From contig OZ219871.1 of NCBI GenBank assembly GCA_964291495.2, positions 992,001 through 1,056,000 of the forward strand: a stretch of 64,000 bases of DNA, written 5' to 3'. The translations under genes were made by a program, and so were the position numbers. This DNA is from Dehalococcoidia bacterium (GTDB lineage: Bacteria; Chloroflexota; Dehalococcoidia; UBA2979). Positions 12,044 to 22,816 of this stretch are shown here, piece after piece. The notes under the pieces are model-generated. The model saw only the letters and a program-made list of their open reading frames with translations, was not told where the DNA came from and ran no database searches. Each line of letters opens with the position of its first letter. The first letter of the stretch is position 1.

Positions 12044-14524
12044 GTGAGCGAGCAGCTCGTTCCGGCGCCCGCCCTGCTCGAGGGCGTCACGGCCGTCGAG
12101 TACGGCGAGAGCGCGGCGATCGGGTTCGCCGGGCGGTTGCTCGCCGACCTCGGCGCGACGGTGACGAAGATCGAGCCGCCCGGGGGCGACCGCACGCGCT
12201 TCGAGGGCTACACCGCGCCCGGCGCGGACGCCTCCGCGCTCTTCGCCTACGCCAACGCCGGCAAGCGCAGCGCCGTGGTCGACGAGACGACGGCGGAGGG
12301 GCACGACGAGCTGGCGCGGCTGCTGGCCAGCGCCGAGATCGTGATCGACGCGCACGCGGCGAGCCACTGGCGCGAGCTGGGGCTGGACTTCGACGCGCTG
12401 CCGGGCAGCGGGCGCTGCCGCCTGGCGGTCTCCGTGACACCGTTCGGGCGCTTCGGCGAGCGCGCCGAGTGGGCGGCCACGCACCTCACCGCCCACCACA
12501 CCGGCGGTGAGTCCTACGCCTTCCCCGGCGGCCTCAGCTGGCTGCGCTACCCGGACCGCGAGCCCGTCCGCGTGCCCGGCCGCGTCGCCGAGTTCGACGC
12601 GGGCACGGCGGCCGGCCTCACGATGCTCGGCTGGCTCGCCGGCGATCGCGAGCCGGCGGTGGTCGAGCTGAGCTGGCAGGAAGCGGCGATCGCGCTGAGC
12701 CGCCAGGACATCGTGAAGTGGCCCAACGACGGCTTCATCGACAACCGCGCGACGCGCCAGATTCCCGTGCTCGGCCTCGTCGAGTGCCGCGACGGCTGGG
12801 TGGAGATCTACCCGTCCGAGCAGCACATGTGGGAGCGCCTCGTGCTCGCCGTCGGCGACCCGGAGTGGGCGCACACCCTCGGCGAGACCGCCGACGACCG
12901 CATCAAGCACACCGGCGAGCTCAACGACCTCTTCGCCGTGTGGCTCAAGGAGCGCACCAAAGCCGAGGTCTACGAGGCCCTGCGCAAGCACGGCGTGCCC
13001 GGCGGGCCGGTGCGCACGATGCGGGACATCTACGAGTCCGACCAGATGCGCTTCCGCGACTTCTTCCACGGCGTCGCCTACCCCGACGGGGAGCCTCGGG
13101 ACGTGCCCGGCCACCCCTACATCGTGCGCGAGGCCCACGGGGGGGCCGACGACCGCGCCTGGCGCCCGGGGCCGCGCGGCGCGGCTGCGCCCCGGCTCGG
13201 CGCGGACACCGAGGCGACGCTCGCGGCCCTCGACGGCGATCGCGCCCCCGCGGTCCGTTCAGGCGCCCCCGCGCCCGAGCAGACCGAAACCCCGGCGCGG
13301 CCGATCGACTGGCTCAAGGGCAAGCGCATCGTCGACCTCACCTGGTACCAGGCTGGGCCCTACGGAAACATGATCCTCGCGTCGCTCGGGGCCGAGGTCG
13401 TGAAGGTCGAGAGCCTCGGCCGCACCGACCCGTTCCGCAAGGCGCGCCGCCTCAAGACCGTCATGCTCGATGAGTTGAAGCACGGCGACTGGGTCGACAC
13501 CGGCTACCGCTTCAACGAGGTCAACATGGGCAAGCAGAGCGTCCAGGTGGACCTCGCACACGAGCGCGGCCGCGAGATCGTGCGCGAGCTGGTCGCCGGC
13601 GCCGACGTGATCATCGAGAGCTTCCGGCCGGGCGCGGTGACGCGGCTGGGCCTCGGCTTCGACCGGCTGATCGAGGTCAACCCGCGCATCGTCATGCTCT
13701 CGCTCTCGGCCAACGGCGAGACGGGGCCGGACGGGCACATGCCCGGCTACGCCGCCGTCTTCGGCGCGACCTCCGGCATGTCCGGCCTCAGCGGCTACGA
13801 CGTCAGCACCCCCAGCGAGTACCGCGGCCCGCTCGACCAGCGCGTCGGCACCTCGGTCGCCCTCGCGGCGATCGTCGGGCTGATGGCGCGCGACCACTCG
13901 GACAGCGCCGTGCTGATCGACTTCGCCGCCTCCGAGGTGGGGACCACGCTGGTCGGCGACCAGCTGCTGGAGTGGCAGCTGCGCGGCACCGTCGACGAGC
14001 CGATGGGCAACCATCACCCGGTGCTCGCGCCGCACAACTCCTACGAGTGCGAGGACAGCGACCGGCCGGGCTGGATCGTGCTCGCCGTCGAGCACGACGA
14101 GCAGTGGCGGCGGCTCGCCGCGCACATCGGCGACTGGCGGCTCGACCCCTCGTGGGACCGGGCGGCGCGCAAGGCGCAGGAGCCCGCGATCGACGCGGCG
14201 ATCGCCGACTGGGCGCGCGGCCGCAAGCGCGAGGGGCTGGTCGCCGAGCTGCAGTCGCTCGGCGTCGCGGCCTCGCCGAGCATGAACGTGCGCGACCTCT
14301 ACGAGGACGCGCACGTCCGCCAGCGCGGCATGTGGACCCGCGTCGACCACGCCCGCCTCGGCGACATCGAGGTGCTCTCGATGCCCTGGCTGGTCAACGG
14401 CGCACGCCCGGTCATGCACCCCGCGCCCGCGCTCGGCCAGCACAACGACTACGTCTACCGCGAGATCCTCGGCCTCAGCGCGGAGGAGCAGGCCGCCCTC
14501 GCCGCCTCCGGGGTGGCGTACTAG
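12044..14524 (+). CDS. Tandem (two-domain) family III CoA-transferase (CaiB/BaiF)
   Basis: Two repeats of LGA.V.K.E / N.GK.S motifs and two APxLG.. endings. Confidence 0.9.
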   Translation: MSEQLVPAPALLEGVTAVEYGESAAIGFAGRLLADLGATVTKIEPPGGDRTRFEGYTAPGADASALFAYANAGKRSAVVDETTAEGHDELARLLASAEIVIDAHAASHWRELGLDFDALPGSGRCRLAVSVTPFGRFGERAEWAATHLTAHHTGGESYAFPGGLSWLRYPDREPVRVPGRVAEFDAGTAAGLTMLGWLAGDREPAVVELSWQEAAIALSRQDIVKWPNDGFIDNRATRQIPVLGLVECRDGWVEIYPSEQHMWERLVLAVGDPEWAHTLGETADDRIKHTGELNDLFAVWLKERTKAEVYEALRKHGVPGGPVRTMRDIYESDQMRFRDFFHGVAYPDGEPRDVPGHPYIVREAHGGADDRAWRPGPRGAAAPRLGADTEATLAALDGDRAPAVRSGAPAPEQTETPARPIDWLKGKRIVDLTWYQAGPYGNMILASLGAEVVKVESLGRTDPFRKARRLKTVMLDELKHGDWVDTGYRFNEVNMGKQSVQVDLAHERGREIVRELVAGADVIIESFRPGAVTRLGLGFDRLIEVNPRIVMLSLSANGETGPDGHMPGYAAVFGATSGMSGLSGYDVSTPSEYRGPLDQRVGTSVALAAIVGLMARDHSDSAVLIDFAASEVGTTLVGDQLLEWQLRGTVDEPMGNHHPVLAPHNSYECEDSDRPGWIVLAVEHDEQWRRLAAHIGDWRLDPSWDRAARKAQEPAIDAAIADWARGRKREGLVAELQSLGVAASPSMNVRDLYEDAHVRQRGMWTRVDHARLGDIEVLSMPWLVNGARPVMHPAPALGQHNDYVYREILGLSAEEQAALAASGVAY

Positions 14525-14543
14525 GGCCTGTTTACATTCGGGG

Positions 14544-14798
14544 TCACGGCGAGAACGCAGCGGCGGACCCGAAGATGGCGGCAGCAGTTACAGCCGCAGC
14601 AACGAGCGGTATGATCACCGCTAGGATGTATCTCCCAACGCTCAGCCCGCCCTTGATCTCCGATAGCGTGAGTTTTATGGGCTCCAACGCCGTCAGTAAT
14701 CCAGCCTCGTTGACGAACTCACGATCGAGCCGTTTCTCCAAGGCGTCCATCCGGGCAAGGGTTACACCGGGACTTGTGTCCTGCGACTTGCTAGTCAC
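14544..14798 (-). CDS. Small coiled-coil protein with C-terminal TM helix, unknown function
   Basis: 84 aa ORF; hydrophobic tail YILAVIIPLVAAAVTAAAIFG; overlaps upstream gene by 8 nt. Confidence 0.55.
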   Translation of the reverse strand: MTSKSQDTSPGVTLARMDALEKRLDREFVNEAGLLTALEPIKLTLSEIKGGLSVGRYILAVIIPLVAAAVTAAAIFGSAAAFSP

Positions 14799-15060
14799 TA
14801 TCTAGCCAGTCCCATAGGAGCTGCCGCTCGCGGCCCCAATAGGTTCCGTTGAGCCGGAAGATCACGCCCCGGATCCGGTCGTCGTCATCGATGTCGAGGT
14901 GAGCGGCGACAGTCTGAAGGAGATCGTCCTTGACGAGATACGCGGTCGGACCAAGCTCAAAATGTTCCGGGTACGCGATCTTCAATCTCTCCGCTGCTTC
15001 ACGATTGGCAGCAGGATCGTCTTGCTCTTGCTCACGAAGCAGAACCACGAACGCAGCCAT
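14791..15060 (-). CDS. Small hypothetical alpha/beta protein (possible ferredoxin/Cas2-like fold)
   Basis: 89 aa ORF with GGAGG RBS; ends NGTYWG...LWDWL. Confidence 0.65.
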   Translation of the reverse strand: MAAFVVLLREQEQDDPAANREAAERLKIAYPEHFELGPTAYLVKDDLLQTVAAHLDIDDDDRIRGVIFRLNGTYWGRERQLLWDWLDSD

Positions 15061-15280
15061 GTGCGTGGACCTCCAACTACCATGATACGTCCACGAACAG
15101 GGTAGTGAGCACCGCCAATCGCCCCCGCCGTAGCGCGGATGGTAGCACCGTAAGTCAAGCCCTACCGTGTCGCCCAGATACTCCGCTGAGATAAGCCCCG
15201 CCGAGCAGTCTCAGCGGTAGAGGCAGGGCTGGCAGAGCAGGAGGAAGGCCAACTGACTCGTTGCGGGTCAGCGCCTTTCC

Positions 15281-15644
15281 TTACCGCTGGTCGCAGCTTA
15301 CGAGCCGCGCGCGGGCGGACGAAATAGCGATCGTCGCCTCGACGATGCACTCAGTGCGGATCATCGCGCCGAAGCTGTTCTGCGCATCGACTGCGATCTT
15401 CCAGCGGTGCTGCCGGTCTGTCATGCGCGTCACCATATAGCCTGAGCCCCCCTGCCCGTCCGCGCGCCAGCAATCGCCGACCCAATCCGCCGACGCGGGA
15501 GACACGAGGCTCTGGGAGACGACGCGCTCAGCCGCTCTACAGGCGGTAACGATCTTGTCCTCCTCCGTCGGCTCAGCGTCTCCGCAGGCGGTAAGAGTGA
15601 AGAACGCGGCGAACCCTACTAGGCTTCAGGCATGCGAAACGCAC
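15281..15644 (-). pseudogene. Putative lipoprotein (VDAQNSFGAMIR motif) with disrupted or truncated signal peptide
   Basis: Frame reads SLVGFAAFFTLTAC-GD...VDAQNSFGAMIR; in-frame TGA just upstream; removing one base gives MRFACLSLVGFAAFFTLTAC. Confidence 0.5.
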
Positions 15645-15736
15645 CGCGGGACGAAGACGGTTACCTGCGGGCTGTCGCCGAGACGCTGACCGAGTGGAAC
15701 TCGCCGGAGGACGAGGACGCTTGGCGCGACCTTTGA
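15632..15736 (+). pseudogene. Remnant resembling the C-terminus of an antitoxin
   Basis: MRNAPRDEDGYLRAVAETLTEWNSPEDEDAWRDL*; the tail resembles LxEWxSxxDExA(W/Y)RDL of small AbrB-type antitoxins. Confidence 0.45.
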
Positions 15737-15763
15737 TCCGCTTGCCCGCCCGGCAACTCCCCC

Positions 15764-16716
15764 TTACCGCCCCGTCACGTCCGGCGCGGAGCGGATGCGT
15801 TCGATGTAGTCGGCCAGCCCCGTCTCGATGGTGTAGGGGGGGCGAAGCCCAGCTCCTCGCGGATCAGAGTGTTGTCCATCAGCTGGCCGACGTGCGCCGG
15901 GCGCTCGCTGACCTCGATGCGCGCGTCGGGGAGGAGGCGGCGCAGCTCGGCGGTGTAGTCGCCGATCGGGCGCTGCTCGGCGCGCATGTTGTAGGCGCGG
16001 TGCGGCGGGTTCACCGCCATCAGCGCCAGCCACCACGCCTCGGCCGCGTAGCACCAGTCCGCCAGCTGGCTGCCGGGCGGCATCGTGATCGCCTCGCCGC
16101 GCACCGCCACCTCGGTCAGCGCCATGTAGTGCGGCAGATCGCGCACGTGCACCAGCCCCGAGGCGAACGAACCGCGCCAGGCCCGCCCCAGCCCGAACAC
16201 CGAGCAGGGCCGCAGGCTCACGATCTCCATGCCGTGCTCGTCGTTGTAGACGTCGGCCAGGTGCTCGCTCCACAGCTTGCACGCCCCGTAGAGGCTGTCC
16301 GGCCGCTTCGGGTCGTCCTCGCGCAGCGCGGTGGACTCGTGCGGGCCGTAGACGGCGAGCGAGCTGGCGTTGACGACGCGCACGATGCCGTGCAGCCGCG
16401 CCGTCTCGAAGACGTTCGCCGTGCCCATCGTCTGCACGCGCGCGTAGGGCACGATCTTCTCCGGCTCCGGCCCGCCCACGCCGAAGGCGAGGTGCACCAC
16501 CCGCTCGACGCGATGGCGGTCCAGCGCCGCCAGCAGCTCCTGCGGCTCCAGCACGTCGCCCTCGACGACGCTGACGCGGTCCTCGATGCCCTGCAGCTTG
16601 CGCGGGTCCGGGTAGCGGTCGAAGAGCACGACGTCCTCGACGCCCTTCTCGAGCAGCAGGTGACGCGCGAGGTAGGAGCCGAGGAAGCCGGTCCCGCCGG
16701 TGATCATGATCGACAT
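15764..16716 (-). CDS. NAD-dependent epimerase/dehydratase (extended SDR), frameshifted near the 3' end
   Basis: ITGGTGFLGS, YGACK; C-terminus PYTIETGLADYIE lies in another frame after a C7 run at 15836-15842. Confidence 0.85.
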
Positions 16717-16831
16717 CGCACACCTCCCGCGCGGGCGTCCTCGTCCCGGCCCGCGAGGCGCTAAGATACCGGCGCGCCGTGCCCCACGCCGCGAGGCGCC
16801 CTCGCTGCCCGACGCACCCGCTGGAGGAACG

Positions 16832-18058
<1,227 letters not shown>

Positions 18059-18065
18059 GAGCCAC

Positions 18066-18926
18066 ATGCCGTTCATCGAGCGTCCCGATGGCGCACGCAT
18101 CCACTACCAGACCTGGGGGCCGGAGGACTGCGCCACGCCGCTGCTGCTGATCGCGCCCGGCGGCGTTCGCTCCGAGATCGACTTCTGGCATCGCGGCGAC
18201 ATCGACCCGACGCGGGAGTTCGCGGACGAGCGCATGGTGATCGGCATGGACCAGCGCCACGCCGGCGAGAGCTGGGACGCGCCGCTCGAGTTCTCCTACG
18301 AGCTCGCGCTCGGCGACCAACTCGCCGTCCTCGACGCGCTCGGCGTGGAGCGCGCGCACGTCATGGGCGGCTGCATCGGGGTCGCCTACGTGCTGCGCAT
18401 GGCCCGCGATGCGCCCGACCGCGTCGCGTCGGGGATCGGGCAGAGCCCGGTCGGCATCGACCACACGAACTCGCGCGAGACGTTCATGGACATGTTCCGC
18501 CCGACAGTCGCGCTCGCGCGCGCCGAGGGCATGGCGGCGGTCGTCGCGAGCGCCCTCGAGGACCCGCAGTTCGTCACCAACAACGCGGGCGGGCCGCTCT
18601 CGCGGCGCATCGAGGTCGACCCGGCCTTCCGCGGCGTGCTCAGCGCGATGCCGCCCGAGGACTACGTCGCGCTCGTCGAGCGCCTTGGCGACGCCTACTG
18701 GCCGGACGACCCGCCCTACTTCACGGTCAGCGAGGAGTGGCTGCGCGGCTGTCCGGCGCCGCTGCTGATCCTGCCCGGCAGCGACCCGTTCCACCCCACC
18801 TCGATCGCCGAGCGCATCTGCGCCGAGGCCCCGCACGCCCGCTGCCTCGCCGTGGACTGCCGCGCGCCCGCCAACCTCCCCGCCACCCTCGAGGAGATCC
18901 GCGCCTTCCTCCGCGCGAACTCGTAG
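18066..18926 (+). CDS. Alpha/beta hydrolase fold protein (Cys at nucleophile elbow)
   Basis: MDQRHAGES, GGCIG elbow, GSDPFHP. Confidence 0.8.
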   Translation: MPFIERPDGARIHYQTWGPEDCATPLLLIAPGGVRSEIDFWHRGDIDPTREFADERMVIGMDQRHAGESWDAPLEFSYELALGDQLAVLDALGVERAHVMGGCIGVAYVLRMARDAPDRVASGIGQSPVGIDHTNSRETFMDMFRPTVALARAEGMAAVVASALEDPQFVTNNAGGPLSRRIEVDPAFRGVLSAMPPEDYVALVERLGDAYWPDDPPYFTVSEEWLRGCPAPLLILPGSDPFHPTSIAERICAEAPHARCLAVDCRAPANLPATLEEIRAFLRANS

Positions 18927-18947
18927 CGGCCGGCGGGCGCGGAGCGC

Positions 18948-20192
18948 ATGCGCCTCCTGACCGCTCCCGGCCGCCACCCGCTCGTCGCGAACACGCTGGA
19001 ATCGCTGATCGCCTACCCGGACTTCCGCGCGCTGTGGTTGAGCACGCTGTTCGCATGGAGCGCGTGGTGGGGGCAGAACGTCGTACTCATCTGGCTGGCG
19101 TTCGACATCACGCGCTCGGAGCTCGCGGTCTCCGCGGCGGCGGCAGCCGGGTTGGCGCCGATGCTGCTCGGGCCGCTCGGCGGCCTGCTGGCGGACCGCC
19201 TCCACCGTCCGCGCCTGCTCATCGGCGCGCAGTCGCTCGGGCTCGCCACCGGGGTCGTGGTCGCCCTGCTCGTGACGCTGGATCGGGCGGAGTACTGGCA
19301 CGTCGTCGTGGCCATGGCGCTCCTCGGCCTGACCACGCAGCCGCTGATGCCGACACGGTTCACGCTCACGATCGACCTCGTGGGCGAGCGACGCGTCTCG
19401 AGCGCGAACGCGGTCACGACCGCCGGGATGCTGGGCAGCCGCATGGTCGTTCCCGCGGTGGCGGGTGCGCTGATCGCGACGTTCGGCGCGCACGTCGCGC
19501 TCTGGTTCTGCATCGCCTGGTATCTGCCCGCGTCGTGGCCCCTGCTCCGCATCGAGGACGCTCGCCGCGGTCCTCGCTCTGCCGTGACCGCGGCGCCGGC
19601 CGAGATCGCGCACGGGTTCCGCTACGCCGTCACGAGCCCCGCGCTGCGCGCCCTGCTGCTGGTCACGGTGCTGGCCAACATCCTCGGGTGGCCCGTGGTC
19701 CTCGGATTCCTCCCCGTCTTCGCCGAGGAGGTCTTCGAGGTCGGCGCGGCCGGTCTGGGATTGATCGTCGGCGTCAACGGACTGGGCGCGCTGATCGCCG
19801 CGATCACGATCGCCTCGTGGGGCGACTTTCGCCGGAAGGGGATGCTCTACCTGGGGGCGACGGTGCTGTTCGGGCTGGGGCTCGCCGCGTTCGCGCTGAG
19901 CGGCGGGTTCGCCCTCGCGCTGCTGCTCATCTTCTTCGCCGGTCTGGGGGGTTCGGGCTTCGGCGTGATGCAGAGCACCGTGACGATGCTGCTCTCGCCG
20001 CCCGAGGCGCGCGGGCGCCTGCTGGGCGTGCTCATGATTTCGATCGGCGTCCTGCCGGGTGCGACGCTCGTGCAGGGCGCCGTCGCGTCCTCGGTGGGCG
20101 TGGTGGCGACCACGGCGGCCTCGGGCCTGCTGCTCGCCGCCCTGACGGTCGCCATCACGGCCGTCTCGCCCGAGCTGCGCCGAGCCCGCTGA
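18948..20192 (+). CDS. MFS transporter
   Basis: About 12 TM segments, GLLADRLHRPRL motif A, RGRLLG. Confidence 0.88.
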   Translation: MRLLTAPGRHPLVANTLESLIAYPDFRALWLSTLFAWSAWWGQNVVLIWLAFDITRSELAVSAAAAAGLAPMLLGPLGGLLADRLHRPRLLIGAQSLGLATGVVVALLVTLDRAEYWHVVVAMALLGLTTQPLMPTRFTLTIDLVGERRVSSANAVTTAGMLGSRMVVPAVAGALIATFGAHVALWFCIAWYLPASWPLLRIEDARRGPRSAVTAAPAEIAHGFRYAVTSPALRALLLVTVLANILGWPVVLGFLPVFAEEVFEVGAAGLGLIVGVNGLGALIAAITIASWGDFRRKGMLYLGATVLFGLGLAAFALSGGFALALLLIFFAGLGGSGFGVMQSTVTMLLSPPEARGRLLGVLMISIGVLPGATLVQGAVASSVGVVATTAASGLLLAALTVAITAVSPELRRAR

Positions 20193-20211
20193 GGGCGGTC
20201 CGGCGTCGGCC

Positions 20212-20835
20212 CTACCCGATCGAGCTGCCCCAGCGGTCGAGCGAGGCGACCTCGGCGAGCGGCTTGCGGGTGACCGGGCCGAAGGCGCCCTTCGGGTAGC
20301 CGAGCGGCACGGCGTAGACGATCTGCGCCCCCTCGGGAATCCCGAGCAGCTCCTTCGCGCGCTCGTCGACCACGGCGTGCAGCGTCGTGATCGTGCCGCC
20401 GATGCCGAGCGCCCGGGCGGCGAGCAGCAAGTTCTGCACCGAGGGAATCACCGACCCCATCGCGTTCGCCCCCTGCTCGGTCGCGCAGACCAGCACAACG
20501 ACCGGCGCCTCGCCGAACTCGTCGGCGAGGCGCATCGCCGAGACCATCGTCTGGTTCGAGCGGTCGATGTCCTCGGGGCCGTGGATGCCCTGGTCGGCGC
20601 GCTTCGCCCACCACGCCTCGCGGTAGAGCACGCCGAGCTGCCGCCGCAGCTCGGCGTCGCGCACCACGAGGAAGTGCCACGGCTGGGCGTTGCCGCCGTT
20701 CGGCGCCTGGATCGCTGCGTTGAGGATGTCGCGCAGGTCGTCCTCGGGGATCGCGTCGGGCTTCACGCGGCGGATCGCTCGCAGCGAGAAGATCGCCTCG
20801 CCGAGGCTGATCGGGAATCGTTCGCTCGCAGCCAT
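20212..20835 (-). CDS. Nitroreductase family protein
   Basis: RAIRR, APNGGNAQPWHF, NLLLAARALGIG, PLGYP. Confidence 0.9.
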   Translation of the reverse strand: MAASERFPISLGEAIFSLRAIRRVKPDAIPEDDLRDILNAAIQAPNGGNAQPWHFLVVRDAELRRQLGVLYREAWWAKRADQGIHGPEDIDRSNQTMVSAMRLADEFGEAPVVVLVCATEQGANAMGSVIPSVQNLLLAARALGIGGTITTLHAVVDERAKELLGIPEGAQIVYAVPLGYPKGAFGPVTRKPLAEVASLDRWGSSIG

Positions 20836-20860
20836 GTCCGGCCTCCTGTCTCCTCGCGCG

Positions 20861-21529
20861 TCACCCTGCGCCCAGCGCCGCCGCATCCAGCCCGGCGAAC
20901 GCGGCAATCGAGGGCAGACGCATGTCCGGCGGCGCACCCTCGGCGGCCTCGAGGGCGTACGGGCCCTGCTCGACAAGCACCGTCGTCACCATGTCGCCGA
21001 GGGCGGACTTCACGGCGGCGAGGATGCCGGGCTTGTCGTCGAGCAGCGCGTAGCGGCGCGCCGGGTAGCGCGCGCGGATCGTCTCCAGCTCCTGCTCCTT
21101 GTGCTCGCAGATCAGAACCCGGCCCTCGAACGCGGCCTCGAGGCCGGAGCTCTCGATCTTGTGGCGCTGGAAGCGCTCGTCGCCGTCCGAGGCGATCACC
21201 GGCAGGCCGAGGCCGCGCGCGTGCTCGACGGCCTCGAGCGCGCCGGGGAAGAGGCAGCCAGCGAAGTCCAGGCCCAGCACCGCGCCGGTGAGCATCTCGC
21301 CCAGCGAGGCTTCGCCGGACTCGCGTGCGAGGCGCTCGATCGCCTCCGGCAGGTCGACGTAGCCGAGATCGGCGCGGACCGCCTCGTAGGACTGCCAGAA
21401 GCGCCGGGCGTGCTCGAGGCCCACGGCCGCCTCGATCCTCGCGTCCAGCCCGGCCTTCACCGCCGCGCCATCGATCAGCGTGTGGTCGACATCGAAGAGC
21501 AGGACGAGGTCCGCCGAGGACGCGGTCAC
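20861..21529 (-). CDS. HAD-superfamily hydrolase
   Basis: LFDVDHTLID motif I, SDGD, LLDDK. Confidence 0.8.
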   Translation of the reverse strand: MTASSADLVLLFDVDHTLIDGAAVKAGLDARIEAAVGLEHARRFWQSYEAVRADLGYVDLPEAIERLARESGEASLGEMLTGAVLGLDFAGCLFPGALEAVEHARGLGLPVIASDGDERFQRHKIESSGLEAAFEGRVLICEHKEQELETIRARYPARRYALLDDKPGILAAVKSALGDMVTTVLVEQGPYALEAAEGAPPDMRLPSIAAFAGLDAAALGAG

Positions 21530-21562
21530 CGGGGACTCCCCTCGCGCCGGCCGCCGCTCGCC

Positions 21563-22816
21563 TCAGGCCGCGAGCGTGTTCTTGTGCACCCGGCCGCCCT
21601 GCATGATCAGCCGCAGCCGCTGCGTGTCCTGCAGCAGCGTGACGTCCTCGAGCGGATCGCCGTCGACGACGATCAGGTCGGCGAGCTTGCCCACCTCGAG
21701 CGTGCCGATCTCGTCCGCCATGTGGATGCACTCGGAGGCGGTCTTCGTCGTGGCGACGATCGACTCCATGGGCGTCATGCCGTGCTGCGTCATCAGCTCC
21801 AACTCCCAGGCGTTCGTGCCGTGGACGCCCACGCCGACGTCGGTGCCCATCGCGATCCGCACGCCCGCCTCGTGGGCCGCGCGGAAGCTCTCCGCGTTCG
21901 CGTCGATCACCTCGTAGGCCTTGCGCAGCGACTGGGGCAGCACCGACTCCGGCGTCGCCTCCTCGCGCAGCACGATGCTGCGAGGCGCGTGGATCGTCGG
22001 CACCAGGAAGGCGCCGCGCTCGATCATCATCGCGATCGCCTCGTCGTCGAGGTAGAAGCCATGCTCGATCGACTCGACGCCGGCGCGGACCGCGTTCTTG
22101 ATGCCCTCGGTGGCCTGCGCGTGCGCCATGCAGGTCTTCCCGACCATCCGCGCCTCGTAGACCATCACGGCGATCTCCTCCTCGGTGAACTGCGGCGACC
22201 CGGGCTCGTCCGAGGGCGACATGACGCCGCCGGTGGCGTGCAGCTTGATGAAGTCCGCCCCGAGGCGGAGCACGCCGCGCACGGTCTTGCGCACCTCCTC
22301 GGGGCCGTCGCAGATCGTCTCGATCCACTCCGGGCCCCACTGCCGCCAGAAGCGCACCCCGCTCGGCAGCCGGCCGTCGCCGTGCCCGCCGGTCTGCGAG
22401 AGCGCGGCGACGGCGATGCGCATGCGCGGCCCCGGGATCAGCCCGCGCTCGATCGCGAGCTTGAAGCCGGCCGGCGATCCGGACGCCTCGCGCACTGCGG
22501 TGAATCCGGCGTCGAGGGTGGCGAGCGCGTTCTGCGCCGCCTCGAAGGTCGCCAGCGTCGGAGGCGTCAGCGCGCGCTGTTGCATTGACTTCCACGAGCT
22601 GTAGAAGTGCACGTGCGAGTCGATCAGGCCCGGCAGCAGCGTCGCCCCCGAGGCGTCGATCACCTCGGCGCCCTGCGGCAGCGTGTCGAGGCGGCCGACA
22701 CTCGCGATGCGTCCGTCCTCGACCACCAAGCTCGCGCCGGGCACCGCGTCGGCGCCCGTGCCGTCGATCAGCGTGACGCCGGTGATCGCGGTGGTGCCGG
22801 GAGCGGGGGCGGTCAC
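21563..22816 (-). CDS. Amidohydrolase family (Xaa-Pro dipeptidase-like)
   Basis: PGLIDSHVH, IKL.ATGG, AHA, IEHG, GTD, GKLADL. Confidence 0.9.
   Translation of the reverse strand: MTAPAPGTTAITGVTLIDGTGADAVPGASLVVEDGRIASVGRLDTLPQGAEVIDASGATLLPGLIDSHVHFYSSWKSMQQRALTPPTLATFEAAQNALATLDAGFTAVREASGSPAGFKLAIERGLIPGPRMRIAVAALSQTGGHGDGRLPSGVRFWRQWGPEWIETICDGPEEVRKTVRGVLRLGADFIKLHATGGVMSPSDEPGSPQFTEEEIAVMVYEARMVGKTCMAHAQATEGIKNAVRAGVESIEHGFYLDDEAIAMMIERGAFLVPTIHAPRSIVLREEATPESVLPQSLRKAYEVIDANAESFRAAHEAGVRIAMGTDVGVGVHGTNAWELELMTQHGMTPMESIVATTKTASECIHMADEIGTLEVGKLADLIVVDGDPLEDVTLLQDTQRLRLIMQGGRVHKNTLAA

Noticed and set aside
14525-15740. Prophage or integrative element
   Set aside because: No integrase, transposase, structural genes or flanking direct repeats seen; treated only as a small islet
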